A DNA stretch of 47,865 nucleotides from an uncultured Candidatus Sericytochromatia bacterium (GTDB lineage: Bacteria > Cyanobacteriota > Sericytochromatia > UBA7694 > JACMQJ01): the NCBI GenBank assembly GCA_964422885.1, contig CAYRDV010000002.1, positions 1 through 47,865 of the forward strand, in the 5' to 3' direction. The notes beneath the pieces were generated by a model that searched no databases, was not told the DNA's origin, and saw nothing but the letters and a program-made list of their open reading frames with translations. Numbering within the stretch: position 1 is the stretch's first letter; each line of letters opens with the position of its first letter. Below, piece by piece: positions 36,987 through 46,190 of the stretch. The position numbers were made by a program, and so were the translations under genes.

Positions 36987-37948
36987 TGAGTAAGATAAAA
37001 CAAATTACAAATACAGTACTGATGGTAAGGCCATTTGACTTTTGCTTTAATGAAGAAACAGCCCTTGATAATGAATTTCAAAACAGACCTACCGATTCAC
37101 AGGATGAAATCAACCGAAAAGCGCTGAATGAGTTTGAAAATATGGTACTTACTCTCAGGAAAGAAAATGTAAATGTTTTGGTTCTTGAACAGGGAACCAA
37201 TTTAGCTAAGATGCCTGATGCCGTATTTCCTAATAACTGGATTTCCACTGAACATGACGGAACAATTGTTACTTTTCCAATGGCAACTCCTAACCGGAGA
37301 GCAGAAAAGTTAAGATTACAGGATGCTGAAAATCTTTTCATGGAAAACCAATATCTGGTAAAAAATATAATAAATGTTGGCCCTTTAAGAGAACAATCAT
37401 TATTTCTTGAAGGAACAGGAAGTATGATAATAGATCATCCCAACAAAATCGTTTATATGGCTGAATCAATTCGTTCAAACCCTCTTCAGCTCAACAACTT
37501 TTTACACTTGAGAAATTATTCCCAATCTGTCATTTTTCAGGCTGCCAGTTCTGGTGGCAAGCCTATTTATCATACAAATGTAATTATGAGTATTGGTGAA
37601 AAGTTTGCTGTTATTTGCAACGATTGTATCATTTCTAAAAATGACAAGGATAAGTTACTTACAATACTTGGAAAAACACATGAAATTATTGAAATTTCAA
37701 TTGAGCAAATGGAAAATTATTTTTGTGGTAATATTCTTCAGCTTTCCTCAAATGATGGAAATCCATTAATTATAATGTCAGACTCAGCATTGACTGGTTT
37801 TAATAAATTCCAGATAGAAAAGCTGGAAAAGCATGGAAAAATTATTTCTGTTAACATCGATACAATTGAAAAAGTAGGTGGAGGGAGCGCCAGGTGTATG
37901 ATGGCAGAAGTATTTTTACCGAAGAAACTCTCCCTGACCCTCTCTTGA
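36986..37948 (+). CDS. Amidinotransferase-fold protein, arginine-deiminase-related (CtlX-like citrulline hydrolase candidate)
   Basis: 320 aa. TNTVLMVRPFDFCFNEETALDNEFQ N-terminus and GGGSARCMMAEVF catalytic-Cys motif. 1-nt TAATG overlap with arcA. The last 9 codons and the stop lie in a CT-hairpin repeat element. Confidence 0.75.
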   Translation: MSKIKQITNTVLMVRPFDFCFNEETALDNEFQNRPTDSQDEINRKALNEFENMVLTLRKENVNVLVLEQGTNLAKMPDAVFPNNWISTEHDGTIVTFPMATPNRRAEKLRLQDAENLFMENQYLVKNIINVGPLREQSLFLEGTGSMIIDHPNKIVYMAESIRSNPLQLNNFLHLRNYSQSVIFQAASSGGKPIYHTNVIMSIGEKFAVICNDCIISKNDKDKLLTILGKTHEIIEISIEQMENYFCGNILQLSSNDGNPLIIMSDSALTGFNKFQIEKLEKHGKIISVNIDTIEKVGGGSARCMMAEVFLPKKLSLTLS

Positions 37949-37959
37949 AAAGAGAGGGA
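37926..37959. repeat. Partial copy of the CT-hairpin element (ccctctctt-gaa-aagagaggg) forming the 3' end of the upstream CDS
   Basis: aactctccctgaccctctcttgaaaagagaggga versus aactctccccagccctctcttgagaagagaggga at 31516 (30 of 34 identical). The TGA stop at 37946-48 is inside the hairpin. Confidence 0.8.
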
Positions 37960-37989
37960 ATAAAAATAATAGAAATAAGGAGATAAGAA

Positions 37990-38535
37990 ATGAGAATTAA
38001 ACAGGATGATGCTATAGCTGTCATTATTGATATTCAGGAAAAACTTTTTCCGCATATTTATGAAAATGAAATATTATCTGCCAATTGTGTCAGATTATTA
38101 TCCGGGTTACAGGTCCTGGAAATACCACTACTTATTACTGAACAATATACCTCTGGTCTTGGTTATACAATTAAACCCATAAAAGAAACGATTGAAAAAA
38201 ATTATTACCCAATAGAAAAAATTGATTTCAGTTGCTGTGGTTCTGTTGACTTTCTGGGAAAATTACAGAGCTTTGGAAAAAAACATGTCATCCTTTTGGG
38301 TATAGAAACGCATGTATGCGTCTTACAGACAGCTCTGGATCTGATTGAAAACAGGTTTATACCTGTAGTTATTGCAGATTGCGTTTCTTCAAGAAAGCTT
38401 AATGATAAAAATATTGCCATTCAAAGAATGAAAACTGAAGGAGCAATAATTTCAACTTATGAATCAATTTTACTTGAACTTTGCAGAGTTGCCGGAAACG
38501 ATAATTTTAAAGCAATTTCCAAAATAATAAAATAA
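37990..38535 (+). CDS. Isochorismatase-family cysteine hydrolase
   Basis: 181 aa. VIIDIQEKLF .. LLGIETHVCVLQTALDL (catalytic Cys context). SD AAGGAG upstream. Confidence 0.85.
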   Translation: MRIKQDDAIAVIIDIQEKLFPHIYENEILSANCVRLLSGLQVLEIPLLITEQYTSGLGYTIKPIKETIEKNYYPIEKIDFSCCGSVDFLGKLQSFGKKHVILLGIETHVCVLQTALDLIENRFIPVVIADCVSSRKLNDKNIAIQRMKTEGAIISTYESILLELCRVAGNDNFKAISKIIK

Positions 38536-38564
38536 TTTATATAGTTGGTATTTTAAAATTTTTT

Positions 38565-38664
38565 AGCCACAGATTTTCACAGATAAGAACACAGATAAAA
38601 AATAGTATTTTGTATTTTCCACTTTTTATTTAAAATCTGTGAGAATTCGTGTTTATCCGTGGCT
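38565..38664. repeat. Imperfect inverted repeat built from CAC(A/G)GAT motifs, between convergent genes
   Basis: The left arm is agccacagattttcacagataagaacacagat. The right arm, reverse-complemented, is agccacggataaacacgaattctcacagat. It is related to the ACGGAT arrays further right. Confidence 0.7.
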
Positions 38665-38675
38665 TAAGATCTAAA

Positions 38676-40265
38676 TCAGGATTCACCGTTAAGTGCTTTG
38701 AGTAAGTCGTCAACACTGATATCTTTGGCTTCTTCAGTTTTCTTTTTATTAACTGGAGGGCTTGTATTATTACCAGTTAGATTATTGGTTGACTTAATAT
38801 TTGATTCTATATCTTTCATAATAGAACTAAGTTCGCCTGTTTGTGACTTTAGAGGGGTTGGTTCTGATTTTAAGGCATTAACCAGACTATTCTCTTCCTC
38901 CGGTGATAATTTAAGCGGGCTGGGCTCTGATTTTAAGGCATCTAACAAGTCCTTCTTGTAAAGCTCCTGAGTTGGAGATTTATCGACAATAACAGTAGGA
39001 GATTTATCAACAAAAATACTGTTTTTATCCTGATTAATAGTTGAAAACAGGTTATCCTTATCCAGCTTTCCACCTTTAGTAGCCGAGGTACCTATACTAT
39101 TCAACAAATCCTGAGCTTTAAGCCCTGATTCAGATGGTATTGAAATATCATTAAGTGATTTAAGTAATTCTTCTGAAGTCAAAATATTTGGCGGTATACT
39201 ATTTAAAAGATCCTCAGGGGTAATTTTACTGGAAGAAACATTGTCCCCAACTTTTAAAAGGTCATTAGATTTAGCATTTTCAGCCTTAGATTTCATTAAA
39301 TCGTTAAAAGTAAATTTATCAGGAGGAATACTTTTTAACAAATCTTCTGAAGTAACTCTTTCCGGTGGAATACTGTTTAAAAGTTCTTCTGAGGTAATTT
39401 TTCCTGGAGGTACACTTATGGCATTTTTCAAATCATTAGTGGTAAGGCCACTTTTTCCTGTATTAATGGGAATTGTATTTAATAAATCCTGCGATGATAT
39501 TTTTCCTGGAGGGACACTTATAGCATTTTTTAAGGTTTCAAAATCAAGCTCTTTCTTTTTAGCCGCCTCTGGAGGAACAGTAGGAGAAACACCAAAATTT
39601 CCTGCCCCAGACATTTCATTTGATTTTATTGATGTCTTTGTATATTCTTCAGGTTTTGTCCTGGGAACCGAAGACGAAACAACAGGCATTTTTTTCTGGA
39701 TTGAATCAATTAAATCCTTATCTTTAAGATTCGTATCTCTTATTTTACCCGTAATTGCATTTTTTATATCTGCTTCAGACAGGTTTTCTGATTTTACAAT
39801 AAGTTTACCTTCATCAACCAGTGGATTCGCTTCAATAAGGTGTTGGGCTGCTTTAGCCATATTAAAAGTAGTTAACAGCTCAATTTTGGAATGAAATTCG
39901 GATTCATAATTAAAAAAGAATATTTCAATACTTTTTTGATTACCTAAAGTATCCAGTATTTTCCTGTCTTTATCATCATTCATGATTAAGCCGGTTTCAG
40001 ACTGGAAAAATTCGTTTGAACCCTCTGGCAGAATAAGAAGCCTTACAATAACTACTCTTGGGGCAGCCTTACTTTGTTCAACCTGCCAGGTCATTTTAGA
40101 TAAAGCAAGCTTATCAACATCCTGGGATGCCGTCTTTACCACAAAAACGAGTTTCTCTTTCCCAGAAACTTTTTCTTTAAATAAAAGAAGCCTCAAACCT
40201 CGCGGAGATTTTGTAGCTACTTTTGTCAGAAACCTGACTTCTCCAACGTCTAATTGCATACCCAC
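38676..40265 (-). CDS. Repeat protein with about 11 (S/T)x(E/D)(E/D)LL(N/K)SIP motifs, unknown function
   Basis: 529 aa. GTG at 40265 or ATG at 40259. A globular N-terminal ~150 aa is followed by repeats such as TSEELLNSIPP, TSEDLLKSIPP and TPEDLLNSIPP (aa ~243-392), plus ALKSEP(S/T)PLK x2 and VDKSPT x2. Confidence 0.7.
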   Translation of the reverse strand: MGMQLDVGEVRFLTKVATKSPRGLRLLLFKEKVSGKEKLVFVVKTASQDVDKLALSKMTWQVEQSKAAPRVVIVRLLILPEGSNEFFQSETGLIMNDDKDRKILDTLGNQKSIEIFFFNYESEFHSKIELLTTFNMAKAAQHLIEANPLVDEGKLIVKSENLSEADIKNAITGKIRDTNLKDKDLIDSIQKKMPVVSSSVPRTKPEEYTKTSIKSNEMSGAGNFGVSPTVPPEAAKKKELDFETLKNAISVPPGKISSQDLLNTIPINTGKSGLTTNDLKNAISVPPGKITSEELLNSIPPERVTSEDLLKSIPPDKFTFNDLMKSKAENAKSNDLLKVGDNVSSSKITPEDLLNSIPPNILTSEELLKSLNDISIPSESGLKAQDLLNSIGTSATKGGKLDKDNLFSTINQDKNSIFVDKSPTVIVDKSPTQELYKKDLLDALKSEPSPLKLSPEEENSLVNALKSEPTPLKSQTGELSSIMKDIESNIKSTNNLTGNNTSPPVNKKKTEEAKDISVDDLLKALNGES

Positions 40266-40439
40266 ACAAATTTAAAAAAATTCACTCTTAAAGAAGTATA
40301 TCTATAACAAATGGAAGGTCCACTGAATATTATACAATATGAAAGTTTTATTCATATTAGTATAAAAATAATTTTTTTACAAGTATTAAATCTAAGCTAA
40401 AATACTTAACAGCCTTATATATGAAATAAATTTAAATCA

Positions 40440-42857
40440 ATGGAAATTATTGACAGTGAAATAAAAAAAGAGAATAAAGCTTCTGTTTGCTATCATTGCT
40501 CTCTTTCCATTAAAAATAAGCCTGTATCAGAAACAATAAATAATGAGCTTCGGTATTTTTGCTGTTTAGGTTGTTTAATCGCCAACCAGTTAATTGACTC
40601 AGTAAATATTGAGCATGATTTAGATGAGCTGGTTAAAAGAAAACTGGAGAAAAAGATTAAAAATATAATTAAAGAAAATAGTGACACTTCAGAACATCAG
40701 AGCTATTCAATTAAAGGCGTAACCTGTACTTCATGTGGTCCAATTATTGAAAAAATCCTTAGCCTTCAGGAAGGCGTAGCTGAAGTAAAAGTAAACCTGA
40801 TCTCTGAAAGAGTAAGAATTTCTTTTGATAAAAATATTTTTAATCTTGAAAAAGCAGCAAAATTACTGAAAAAGTTTGGATATATTTTAATAATCAAAAA
40901 ACAATCTGAAGATAGTGAATATCTTTCTGAAAATTACCTTTTAAGAGTCGCTTTTACCTGGTTTTTATCAATGAATATTATGTCTTTTAGCTTTGCTTAT
41001 TATTATGGTCAGTTAGAAAATTTTTCAGGAATTATTAATTGGGTTATAAGAATTGAAGCGTTTTTAAGCTTCTTTATAATTTTTGTTTTGGGATATCCAT
41101 TTTTAAAAAATGCTTTTTTTAAAGCTCTTAATTTTCAACTTAGTATGGAAACATTAATTAGTTTTGGGTCTTTAACCGCCTATAGTTTTAGTTTTTGGGC
41201 TATGTTAAAGGGAAGGACTGATGTTTATTTTGATACGGCTTCGATGATAGTTGCTTTTGTACTGCTGGGTAAATTTCTGGAAAATTCTGCTAAAGCTAAA
41301 GCTTCTCAAACTGTAAAAAAATTATTTAGTATGACTGCAAAAAATGCCACCATAATTAAAAATGGAATAGAAGAAACAGTAGAAATTGAAAATGTAAAAA
41401 CAGGAGATATTATTGTAGTAAAAGCAGGTGAAAAAATACCTGCTGATGGCGAAATAATAGAAGGGTCCAGCTATATTGATGAGTCAATGCTTACCGGAGA
41501 ATCTTTTCCAGTTGAAAAAGTGACAGGTTCCAGAGTATACGCAGCTACTTTGAATCAGGAAGGAAGGTTTCTTTTTAAAACAACTGAAGTTGGTGATCAT
41601 ACAACATTATCAAAGATAATAGAATTAATTGAAAAAGCTCAGAATGAAAAAACCGAATCCCAGAAACTGGCAGATAAACTATCATCATGGTTCATCCCTT
41701 TTGTAATACTGATGTCTTTTATTACAGGCTTTATATGGTATTTACTTGGTGCACAACCAGAAACCTTTATCCTAAATTCTATCGCTGTACTAGTTGTAGC
41801 CTGTCCCTGTGCGCTTGGATTAGCAACACCAATGGCAACATTCGTTTCCCTAAACAAAGCAGCATCACTGGGAATCATTATTAAAAATGCAAATTTAATT
41901 GAGAAAATTAATAAAATAACGACTATTGTTTTTGATAAAACAGGGACTCTGACCGAAGGAAAAATCTTACTCAAAGAAGTTATTTTTGCTGAATTTCAGG
42001 ACATTTCAAAAGAATCATGCTTACAAATGATAACCAGCCTGGAAAATTATTCTGAGCACCCCGTTGCCCAAGCTATTACTAATTTTGGGAAACAAAATGG
42101 TCTTAAGTTTTTGGATATTACTGATTTTAAAACAAATAGGGGCCTTGGAGTAGAAGGAAAAACAAATAATTGTCATATTAAAATTGGCTCACAGAAATTT
42201 ATTGAAGAGAAGGGAGTAAAAATTCCAGACAATTTGAAAAATTTTAATGATGATTTGAATAGTATGCCTATGAGCCAGGTATTTGTTTCAATAAATGGTA
42301 TTTTTGTGGCTGTGATAGTTCTGGAAGACCAAATAAAAAAAGAAGCTGGAATAGTAATTGAAAGTTTAAAAGCAAAAAATCTTGAAATCATTATGCTTAC
42401 CGGAGATCATTATCTTACTGCCCAAAAAGTGGCAAATAAATTACTTATTGATAAATTTTTTGCCGGGCAGTTGCCTCAGGATAAAATTTCTTTTATCCTT
42501 GAATTACAAAAACAGGGAAAAGTAGTAATGATGGTTGGTGATGGAATAAATGATGCCCCGGCACTGGTACAATCAGATATTGGAGTTTCAATTGCCGATG
42601 CTACAGATATTTCTATGGAAGCCTCAGATATCACTTTTATAAAAAATGATTTAACTGCCCTGCCAATGCTTTTTTCTTTAGCTGATAAAACCATGAAAGC
42701 CTTAAAAATTAATTTACTTTGGGCTTTTTCATATAATATTATTGGAATTCCTCTGGCAATGCTGGGAATTTTAAAACCAATTGCCGCAGCAGCAGCTATG
42801 TCAGTTAGCAGCCTACTTATTGTTAATAATTCATTAAAGCTAAAGAGAAAACTATAA
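40440..42857 (+). CDS. Heavy-metal (Cu-type) P1B-type ATPase
   Basis: 805 aa.
- N-terminal CYHC...FCCLGC metal-binding segment (CcoI/FixI-like)
- HMA domain GVTCTSCG
- TGES
- CPC ([13 protein letters not shown])
- DKTGTLT
- [10 protein letters not shown]. Confidence 0.9.
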   Translation: MEIIDSEIKKENKASVCYHCSLSIKNKPVSETINNELRYFCCLGCLIANQLIDSVNIEHDLDELVKRKLEKKIKNIIKENSDTSEHQSYSIKGVTCTSCGPIIEKILSLQEGVAEVKVNLISERVRISFDKNIFNLEKAAKLLKKFGYILIIKKQSEDSEYLSENYLLRVAFTWFLSMNIMSFSFAYYYGQLENFSGIINWVIRIEAFLSFFIIFVLGYPFLKNAFFKALNFQLSMETLISFGSLTAYSFSFWAMLKGRTDVYFDTASMIVAFVLLGKFLENSAKAKASQTVKKLFSMTAKNATIIKNGIEETVEIENVKTGDIIVVKAGEKIPADGEIIEGSSYIDESMLTGESFPVEKVTGSRVYAATLNQEGRFLFKTTEVGDHTTLSKIIELIEKAQNEKTESQKLADKLSSWFIPFVILMSFITGFIWYLLGAQPETFILNSIAVLVVACPCALGLATPMATFVSLNKAASLGIIIKNANLIEKINKITTIVFDKTGTLTEGKILLKEVIFAEFQDISKESCLQMITSLENYSEHPVAQAITNFGKQNGLKFLDITDFKTNRGLGVEGKTNNCHIKIGSQKFIEEKGVKIPDNLKNFNDDLNSMPMSQVFVSINGIFVAVIVLEDQIKKEAGIVIESLKAKNLEIIMLTGDHYLTAQKVANKLLIDKFFAGQLPQDKISFILELQKQGKVVMMVGDGINDAPALVQSDIGVSIADATDISMEASDITFIKNDLTALPMLFSLADKTMKALKINLLWAFSYNIIGIPLAMLGILKPIAAAAAMSVSSLLIVNNSLKLKRKL

Positions 42858-42862
42858 GAATG

Positions 42863-42900
42863 GAACACGGATTGGACGGATCAAACGGATATTCACGGAT
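42863..42900 (+). repeat. ACGGAT array, copy a (four hexamers, spacing 9-9-10)
   Basis: ggaacacggattggacggatcaaacggatattcacggat, with hexamers starting at 42867, 42876, 42885 and 42895. It lies between the P-type ATPase stop and the AAA gene stop. Confidence 0.85.
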
Positions 42901-42919
42901 TTTATTTATTCCTAATGTA

Positions 42920-44497
42920 TTACTGTTCATGCTTAACTATCCACTCTTTAATATTTCTTTCTTCGATATCAAAACTCACTCCAACAAGTAAGATTTCTTT
43001 TTTACTTGTTAGATATTTTTCGTAATATTTTTTTGTTTCTATTTGTTTTATGGCTTGTTTACTATTTGCCATTTTGAATTCGAAAACATAAATTCTTTCA
43101 TTAGTTTCTACTACAGCATCAATTCTCCCTTTATTCGTATGTACTTCAGCAGCTATTCGAACACCAATAAGTGTTAGTATTAAATAAATAATTGTATGAT
43201 AGTATGCTTCTTTATTAGCCATGAAAATTATTGCTGGAATATTGCTAAAAACTTCCTTTATTCTTTCAAAAAATTCATCAAGATCTTTGTTCTCTAAAGT
43301 GTTTACTAATCTTGAAATCATTATTTCATCATTATCCTGACTATTAGAAAATTCCATCAAAAGGTGGTTTAGAAAAGATGCTCTTACTTCGGTATTTGGG
43401 TAATTTAAAATATATTCTCTGAAAGGTGAAAGTTGGTTTTTAATCTCTTTTACTGTAAGATACCCTGTTTGAAAAAGTAATGATTCAACATTAATATTTT
43501 CTATTTCATAAGAATCAAATATTTTTGAATGAACTGCTTTATTTTCAAACTTTATGATATTAGTTTGATGCTCTTTTATAAGCTTTAATAAAAAAGCAGG
43601 AGTGCCTGTCTGAAACCAATAATTATTTATTGACTGATGTTCAAAAAGTAAAAGTATTGAATATGGATTATATACAAAATCTTTCCCGTTCCACGAATAG
43701 CCATTGTACCAATTCTTTATTGTATCTTTGGTTTCCTGCTCTGTTTTTTCTAATTTTTCAGCCAAGAGTTTTATTCTGTCTTCAAAGTAAAATTGTAATT
43801 GTTTTTCTGTATAACCTATGATAGTCGCAAAATTTTCTGAAAGAGTTATATCAGTTAAGTTATTCAAACCTGAAAACACGGATACTTTACTAAATTTTGA
43901 CACTCCTGTGAGAAAAGCAAACCTAATATATTCATCGCAAGCTTTTATTGTTTCATAAAAGTTTTTTAGGATATCTCTATTTTTCTTTGCTGTTTCTAAA
44001 TCATCAACAAAGTTTATTATAGGCTTGTCGTACTCATCTATTAAAAGCACGACTTTCTCTACTTTTGAAAGCTTTTTCAATAATTCCTTGAAACCATCTT
44101 TATAATTTTTTTCTTTAAGTTCAATTTTATTATCTTCTGCTAAACTTCTAATTGTGCTAAAAAAAGATTCTTCAAAACCCTGAGAGCCATGGGTATAAAG
44201 CATATTAGAAAAATCAATTCTGATAATGGGATACTTTTTCCATTCTTCTCCAGGGCTCCCTTTGGGAATCATTTTGTCATATATCCAAAGACCTTTGAAT
44301 AGCTCATGATTACCTGAAAATATTTCAGCTAAAGTGCTTATTAATAATGATTTTCCAAATCTTCTAGGGCGTGATAAAAAGAAATATTTTCCGTTATGGG
44401 TTAATAATTTATATATATCTTTTGTTTTATCTATATAAAGATAATTTTCTTTTATAAGATCTTTAAAAGTTTGTATGCCTAATGGTAAGTTTTTCAT
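42920..44497 (-). CDS. AAA-ATPase-like protein with C-terminal PD-(D/E)XK nuclease-family domain
   Basis: 525 aa. N-terminus LPLGIQTFKDLIKENYLYIDKT..FFLSRPRRFGKSLLISTL is typical of the 'AAA-ATPase_like' family. The C-terminal GRIDAVVE..IYVFEFK is a PD-(D/E)XK-like motif. Confidence 0.85.
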   Translation of the reverse strand: MKNLPLGIQTFKDLIKENYLYIDKTKDIYKLLTHNGKYFFLSRPRRFGKSLLISTLAEIFSGNHELFKGLWIYDKMIPKGSPGEEWKKYPIIRIDFSNMLYTHGSQGFEESFFSTIRSLAEDNKIELKEKNYKDGFKELLKKLSKVEKVVLLIDEYDKPIINFVDDLETAKKNRDILKNFYETIKACDEYIRFAFLTGVSKFSKVSVFSGLNNLTDITLSENFATIIGYTEKQLQFYFEDRIKLLAEKLEKTEQETKDTIKNWYNGYSWNGKDFVYNPYSILLLFEHQSINNYWFQTGTPAFLLKLIKEHQTNIIKFENKAVHSKIFDSYEIENINVESLLFQTGYLTVKEIKNQLSPFREYILNYPNTEVRASFLNHLLMEFSNSQDNDEIMISRLVNTLENKDLDEFFERIKEVFSNIPAIIFMANKEAYYHTIIYLILTLIGVRIAAEVHTNKGRIDAVVETNERIYVFEFKMANSKQAIKQIETKKYYEKYLTSKKEILLVGVSFDIEERNIKEWIVKHEQ

Positions 44498-44584
44498 AGC
44501 AAATGGTGTTTCAAAGCTTTCTTAATCAGGCCCCTTTTAATAAATAATCATTTAATATCATAGCATAAAGCTTTGTCAGTGGTT

Positions 44585-44723
44585 GAACAGAACACTGATT
44601 GAACGGATAATCGTAGAAAATGCTCTAAATATAGTATTTTTATATTTGATAGCGAAGATTAATCTAAAGCTAAATATTTTCTTTAAGTCCCCTCTTTTTG
44701 ACATGAAATGGAGAAGAGAGGGG
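44585..44723 (+). repeat. Composite dispersed element: degenerate ACGGAT array plus ~100-bp conserved tail ending in a CCCCTCT/AGAGGGG hairpin
   Basis: gaacagaacactgattgaacggataatcg, then tatagtatttttatatttgatagcg..taatctaaagcta.atattttctt, shared with 47729-47814. Confidence 0.75.
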
Positions 44724-44729
44724 AGTGAG

Positions 44730-44749
44730 CAAGGGGCTTAAGCCCCTTG
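44730..44749. repeat. 20-bp perfect palindrome CAAGGGGCTTAAGCCCCTTG, intergenic copy
   Basis: Identical to 28789-28808. It lies just downstream of the 44767 gene stop. Confidence 0.9.
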
Positions 44750-44766
44750 TTCCCGGTGAGTTAAAC

Positions 44767-45156
44767 CTAATTATTTTTTACCCATTTAGCATCAGAACCA
44801 ATTGTAATATCTTTTGTATCTAAAGTTTTTTGATTACTTCCATTATAAGCAACCTTTACTGTGCTATTAATGGCTTTTGCAGTAAACCCATCAGAAGTTA
44901 TTTTTATATCTTTAGCAGGGATGAATATACCACCAACCTGAATAGAAGCAAGGTTTTCAGGTACGATAGGGTTTACAGCTCCATTTTTATCAATGGATGT
45001 TAAAGAAATTGTTTTATTAATTCTTATAATCTTATTATCTGACTGATTAGTTGTAGGTACAATATCTGTCAAAGTTGCCCAGTTGGTAACACCATTACAT
45101 GCTGAGAGTAGACCTATTGATAAGGTTAACGATGTTGTTATTATTTTGTTTTTCAT
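44767..45156 (-). CDS. Short lipoprotein, truncated-looking member of the paralog family
   Basis: I prefer ATG 45156 (MKNKIITTSLTLSIGLLSACNG). It shares the signal peptide and the AVNPIVPENLASIQVGG segment with 46191..47654 and 13909..15120, but lacks their C-terminal domain. Confidence 0.65.
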   Translation of the reverse strand: MKNKIITTSLTLSIGLLSACNGVTNWATLTDIVPTTNQSDNKIIRINKTISLTSIDKNGAVNPIVPENLASIQVGGIFIPAKDIKITSDGFTAKAINSTVKVAYNGSNQKTLDTKDITIGSDAKWVKNN

Positions 45157-45180
45157 TTTTTCCCCTTTTTTTAAAATATA

Positions 45181-45218
45181 GAACACGGATTGAACGGATC
45201 AGACGGATATTCACAGAT
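45181..45218 (+). repeat. ACGGAT array, copy b (spacing 9-9-10)
   Basis: gaacacggattgaacggatcagacggatattcacagat, with hexamers at 45185, 45194, 45203 and 45213. It lies 24 nt upstream of ATG 45156. Confidence 0.85.
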
Positions 45219-45327
45219 AAAATAATTTAAATATATTTTCTCATATTCCCACTAACATTATTGACAATTCTTAATAACTGCGTTATTATTAAAATATGCT
45301 CATTTAAAATTAAATAAGGTGGTTCTA

Positions 45328-45510
45328 GTGAACGGACGAGAAATGATCCGGTATTTAAGAAAACATGGTTTTTGGGTAACTGATATTGATGGCTCACATC
45401 ATTACATGACAGATGGTACACATGAAACATGCGTTCCAGTCCATGGTGATAAAAGAGAATTAAATCCTAAAACTCAAGCCAGTATTCTAAAACAAGCCGG
45501 ATTAAAGTAA
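45328..45510 (+). CDS. hicA: HicA-family mRNA interferase toxin
   Basis: GREMIRYLRKHGFW..GSHHYM......VPVHG.KELNPKTQASILKQAGL matches the HicA pattern. GTG at 45328 lies 5 nt after AAGGTGG (the track starts at GTG 45319). Confidence 0.85.
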   Translation: MNGREMIRYLRKHGFWVTDIDGSHHYMTDGTHETCVPVHGDKRELNPKTQASILKQAGLK

Positions 45511-45577
45511 AGTAGGCGTAGAGGAGCACGTTATTAAAATCATTTTATTAAATTATTGTTTTAAGGATTGTTTGATT

Positions 45578-46066
45578 ATGAAAAATAGGTATTTAGAATA
45601 CCCTGCCCAAATTGAATATACAAATGAAGGGACAGTGGCTTATTTAGTAGAATTTCCTGATTTACCTCAATGTATTACTGAAGGAAATAGTATTGAAGAA
45701 GCAAAAAGTATGGCTAAAGAAGCTCTGTCTCTATGCTTGGATGTTTTGGTTAAAAATGATAAAGATTTCCCAAAACCTTCAAAGCTAGAAGGAGAAAATA
45801 TTTATTATATTACTGCTGAATTGGGTAAATCTACCTCTTACAGTGAATATCATAAAAAATCTTATGAAAAAAATAAGCAAAAAGTTCTTAGTAAAAAACG
45901 TGAAAAAGAATTAGAGCTGAAAAGCAAAGGTTATAAAGATTTTAGAGAAATGCTCCCTGCTCAAACCCTTGTTAAACTTGATAAATTAACTAAATCTCAA
46001 CATATTACCAGAAGAGAATTTATTACTAAGTTAATTGAGAAAGAATATACAAATTTAACTGTTTAA
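45578..46066 (+). CDS. hicB: HicB-family antitoxin with C-terminal ribbon-helix-helix-like segment
   Basis: YPAQIEYTNEGTVAYLVEFPDLPQCITEGNSIEEAKSMAKEAL is a HicB N-domain. The C-terminal LPAQTLVKLDKLTKSQHITRREFITKLIEKEY is RHH-like. ATG at 45578 (the track starts at TTG 45572). Confidence 0.8.
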   Translation: MKNRYLEYPAQIEYTNEGTVAYLVEFPDLPQCITEGNSIEEAKSMAKEALSLCLDVLVKNDKDFPKPSKLEGENIYYITAELGKSTSYSEYHKKSYEKNKQKVLSKKREKELELKSKGYKDFREMLPAQTLVKLDKLTKSQHITRREFITKLIEKEYTNLTV

Positions 46067-46119
46067 TAACTCCCCGGAGTACCGCAGGGCTGTCTTATTC
46101 TAAATAATTTGTAATACTG

Positions 46120-46163
46120 TTACATGATACTGTCAAAAGCATTGATAAGGTTAATGCTGCTAA
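46120..46163 (-). pseudogene. Orphan remnant of a paralog-family signal-peptide/lipobox region
   Basis: ttacatgatactgtcaaaagcattgataaggttaatgctgct matches 47593-47636 (the 5' coding end of 46191..47654) with few mismatches. It would encode ..LAALTLSMLLTVSCN but has no start and no body. Confidence 0.45.
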
Positions 46164-46190
46164 TCCTGAACCTCTACTAGATTGAGCTGG

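Noticed and set aside
36863-38420. Antisense ORFs 36863..37081, 37078..37341, 37738..38055 and 38205..38420
   Set aside because: They are nested in the arcA, CtlX-like and isochorismatase genes, which have strong catalytic motifs on the plus strand.
38698-40275. Plus-strand ORFs 38698..38961, 39241..39894 (217 aa) and 39982..40275
   Set aside because: They are long only because they are antisense to a repetitive, stop-poor gene. Their translations are S/F/G/L low-complexity mirror images of the DLLNSIPP repeats.
40493-43821. ORFs 40493..40687, 41639..41974, 41687..41884, 42173..42391, 42476..42868 and 43630..43821
   Set aside because: They are nested within the P1B-ATPase or the AAA/PD-(D/E)XK gene, both of which have unambiguous motifs.
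45227-45430. 67-aa minus-strand ORF overlapping hicA
   Set aside because: It overlaps the well-supported hicA frame and its upstream region. No SD or motif.
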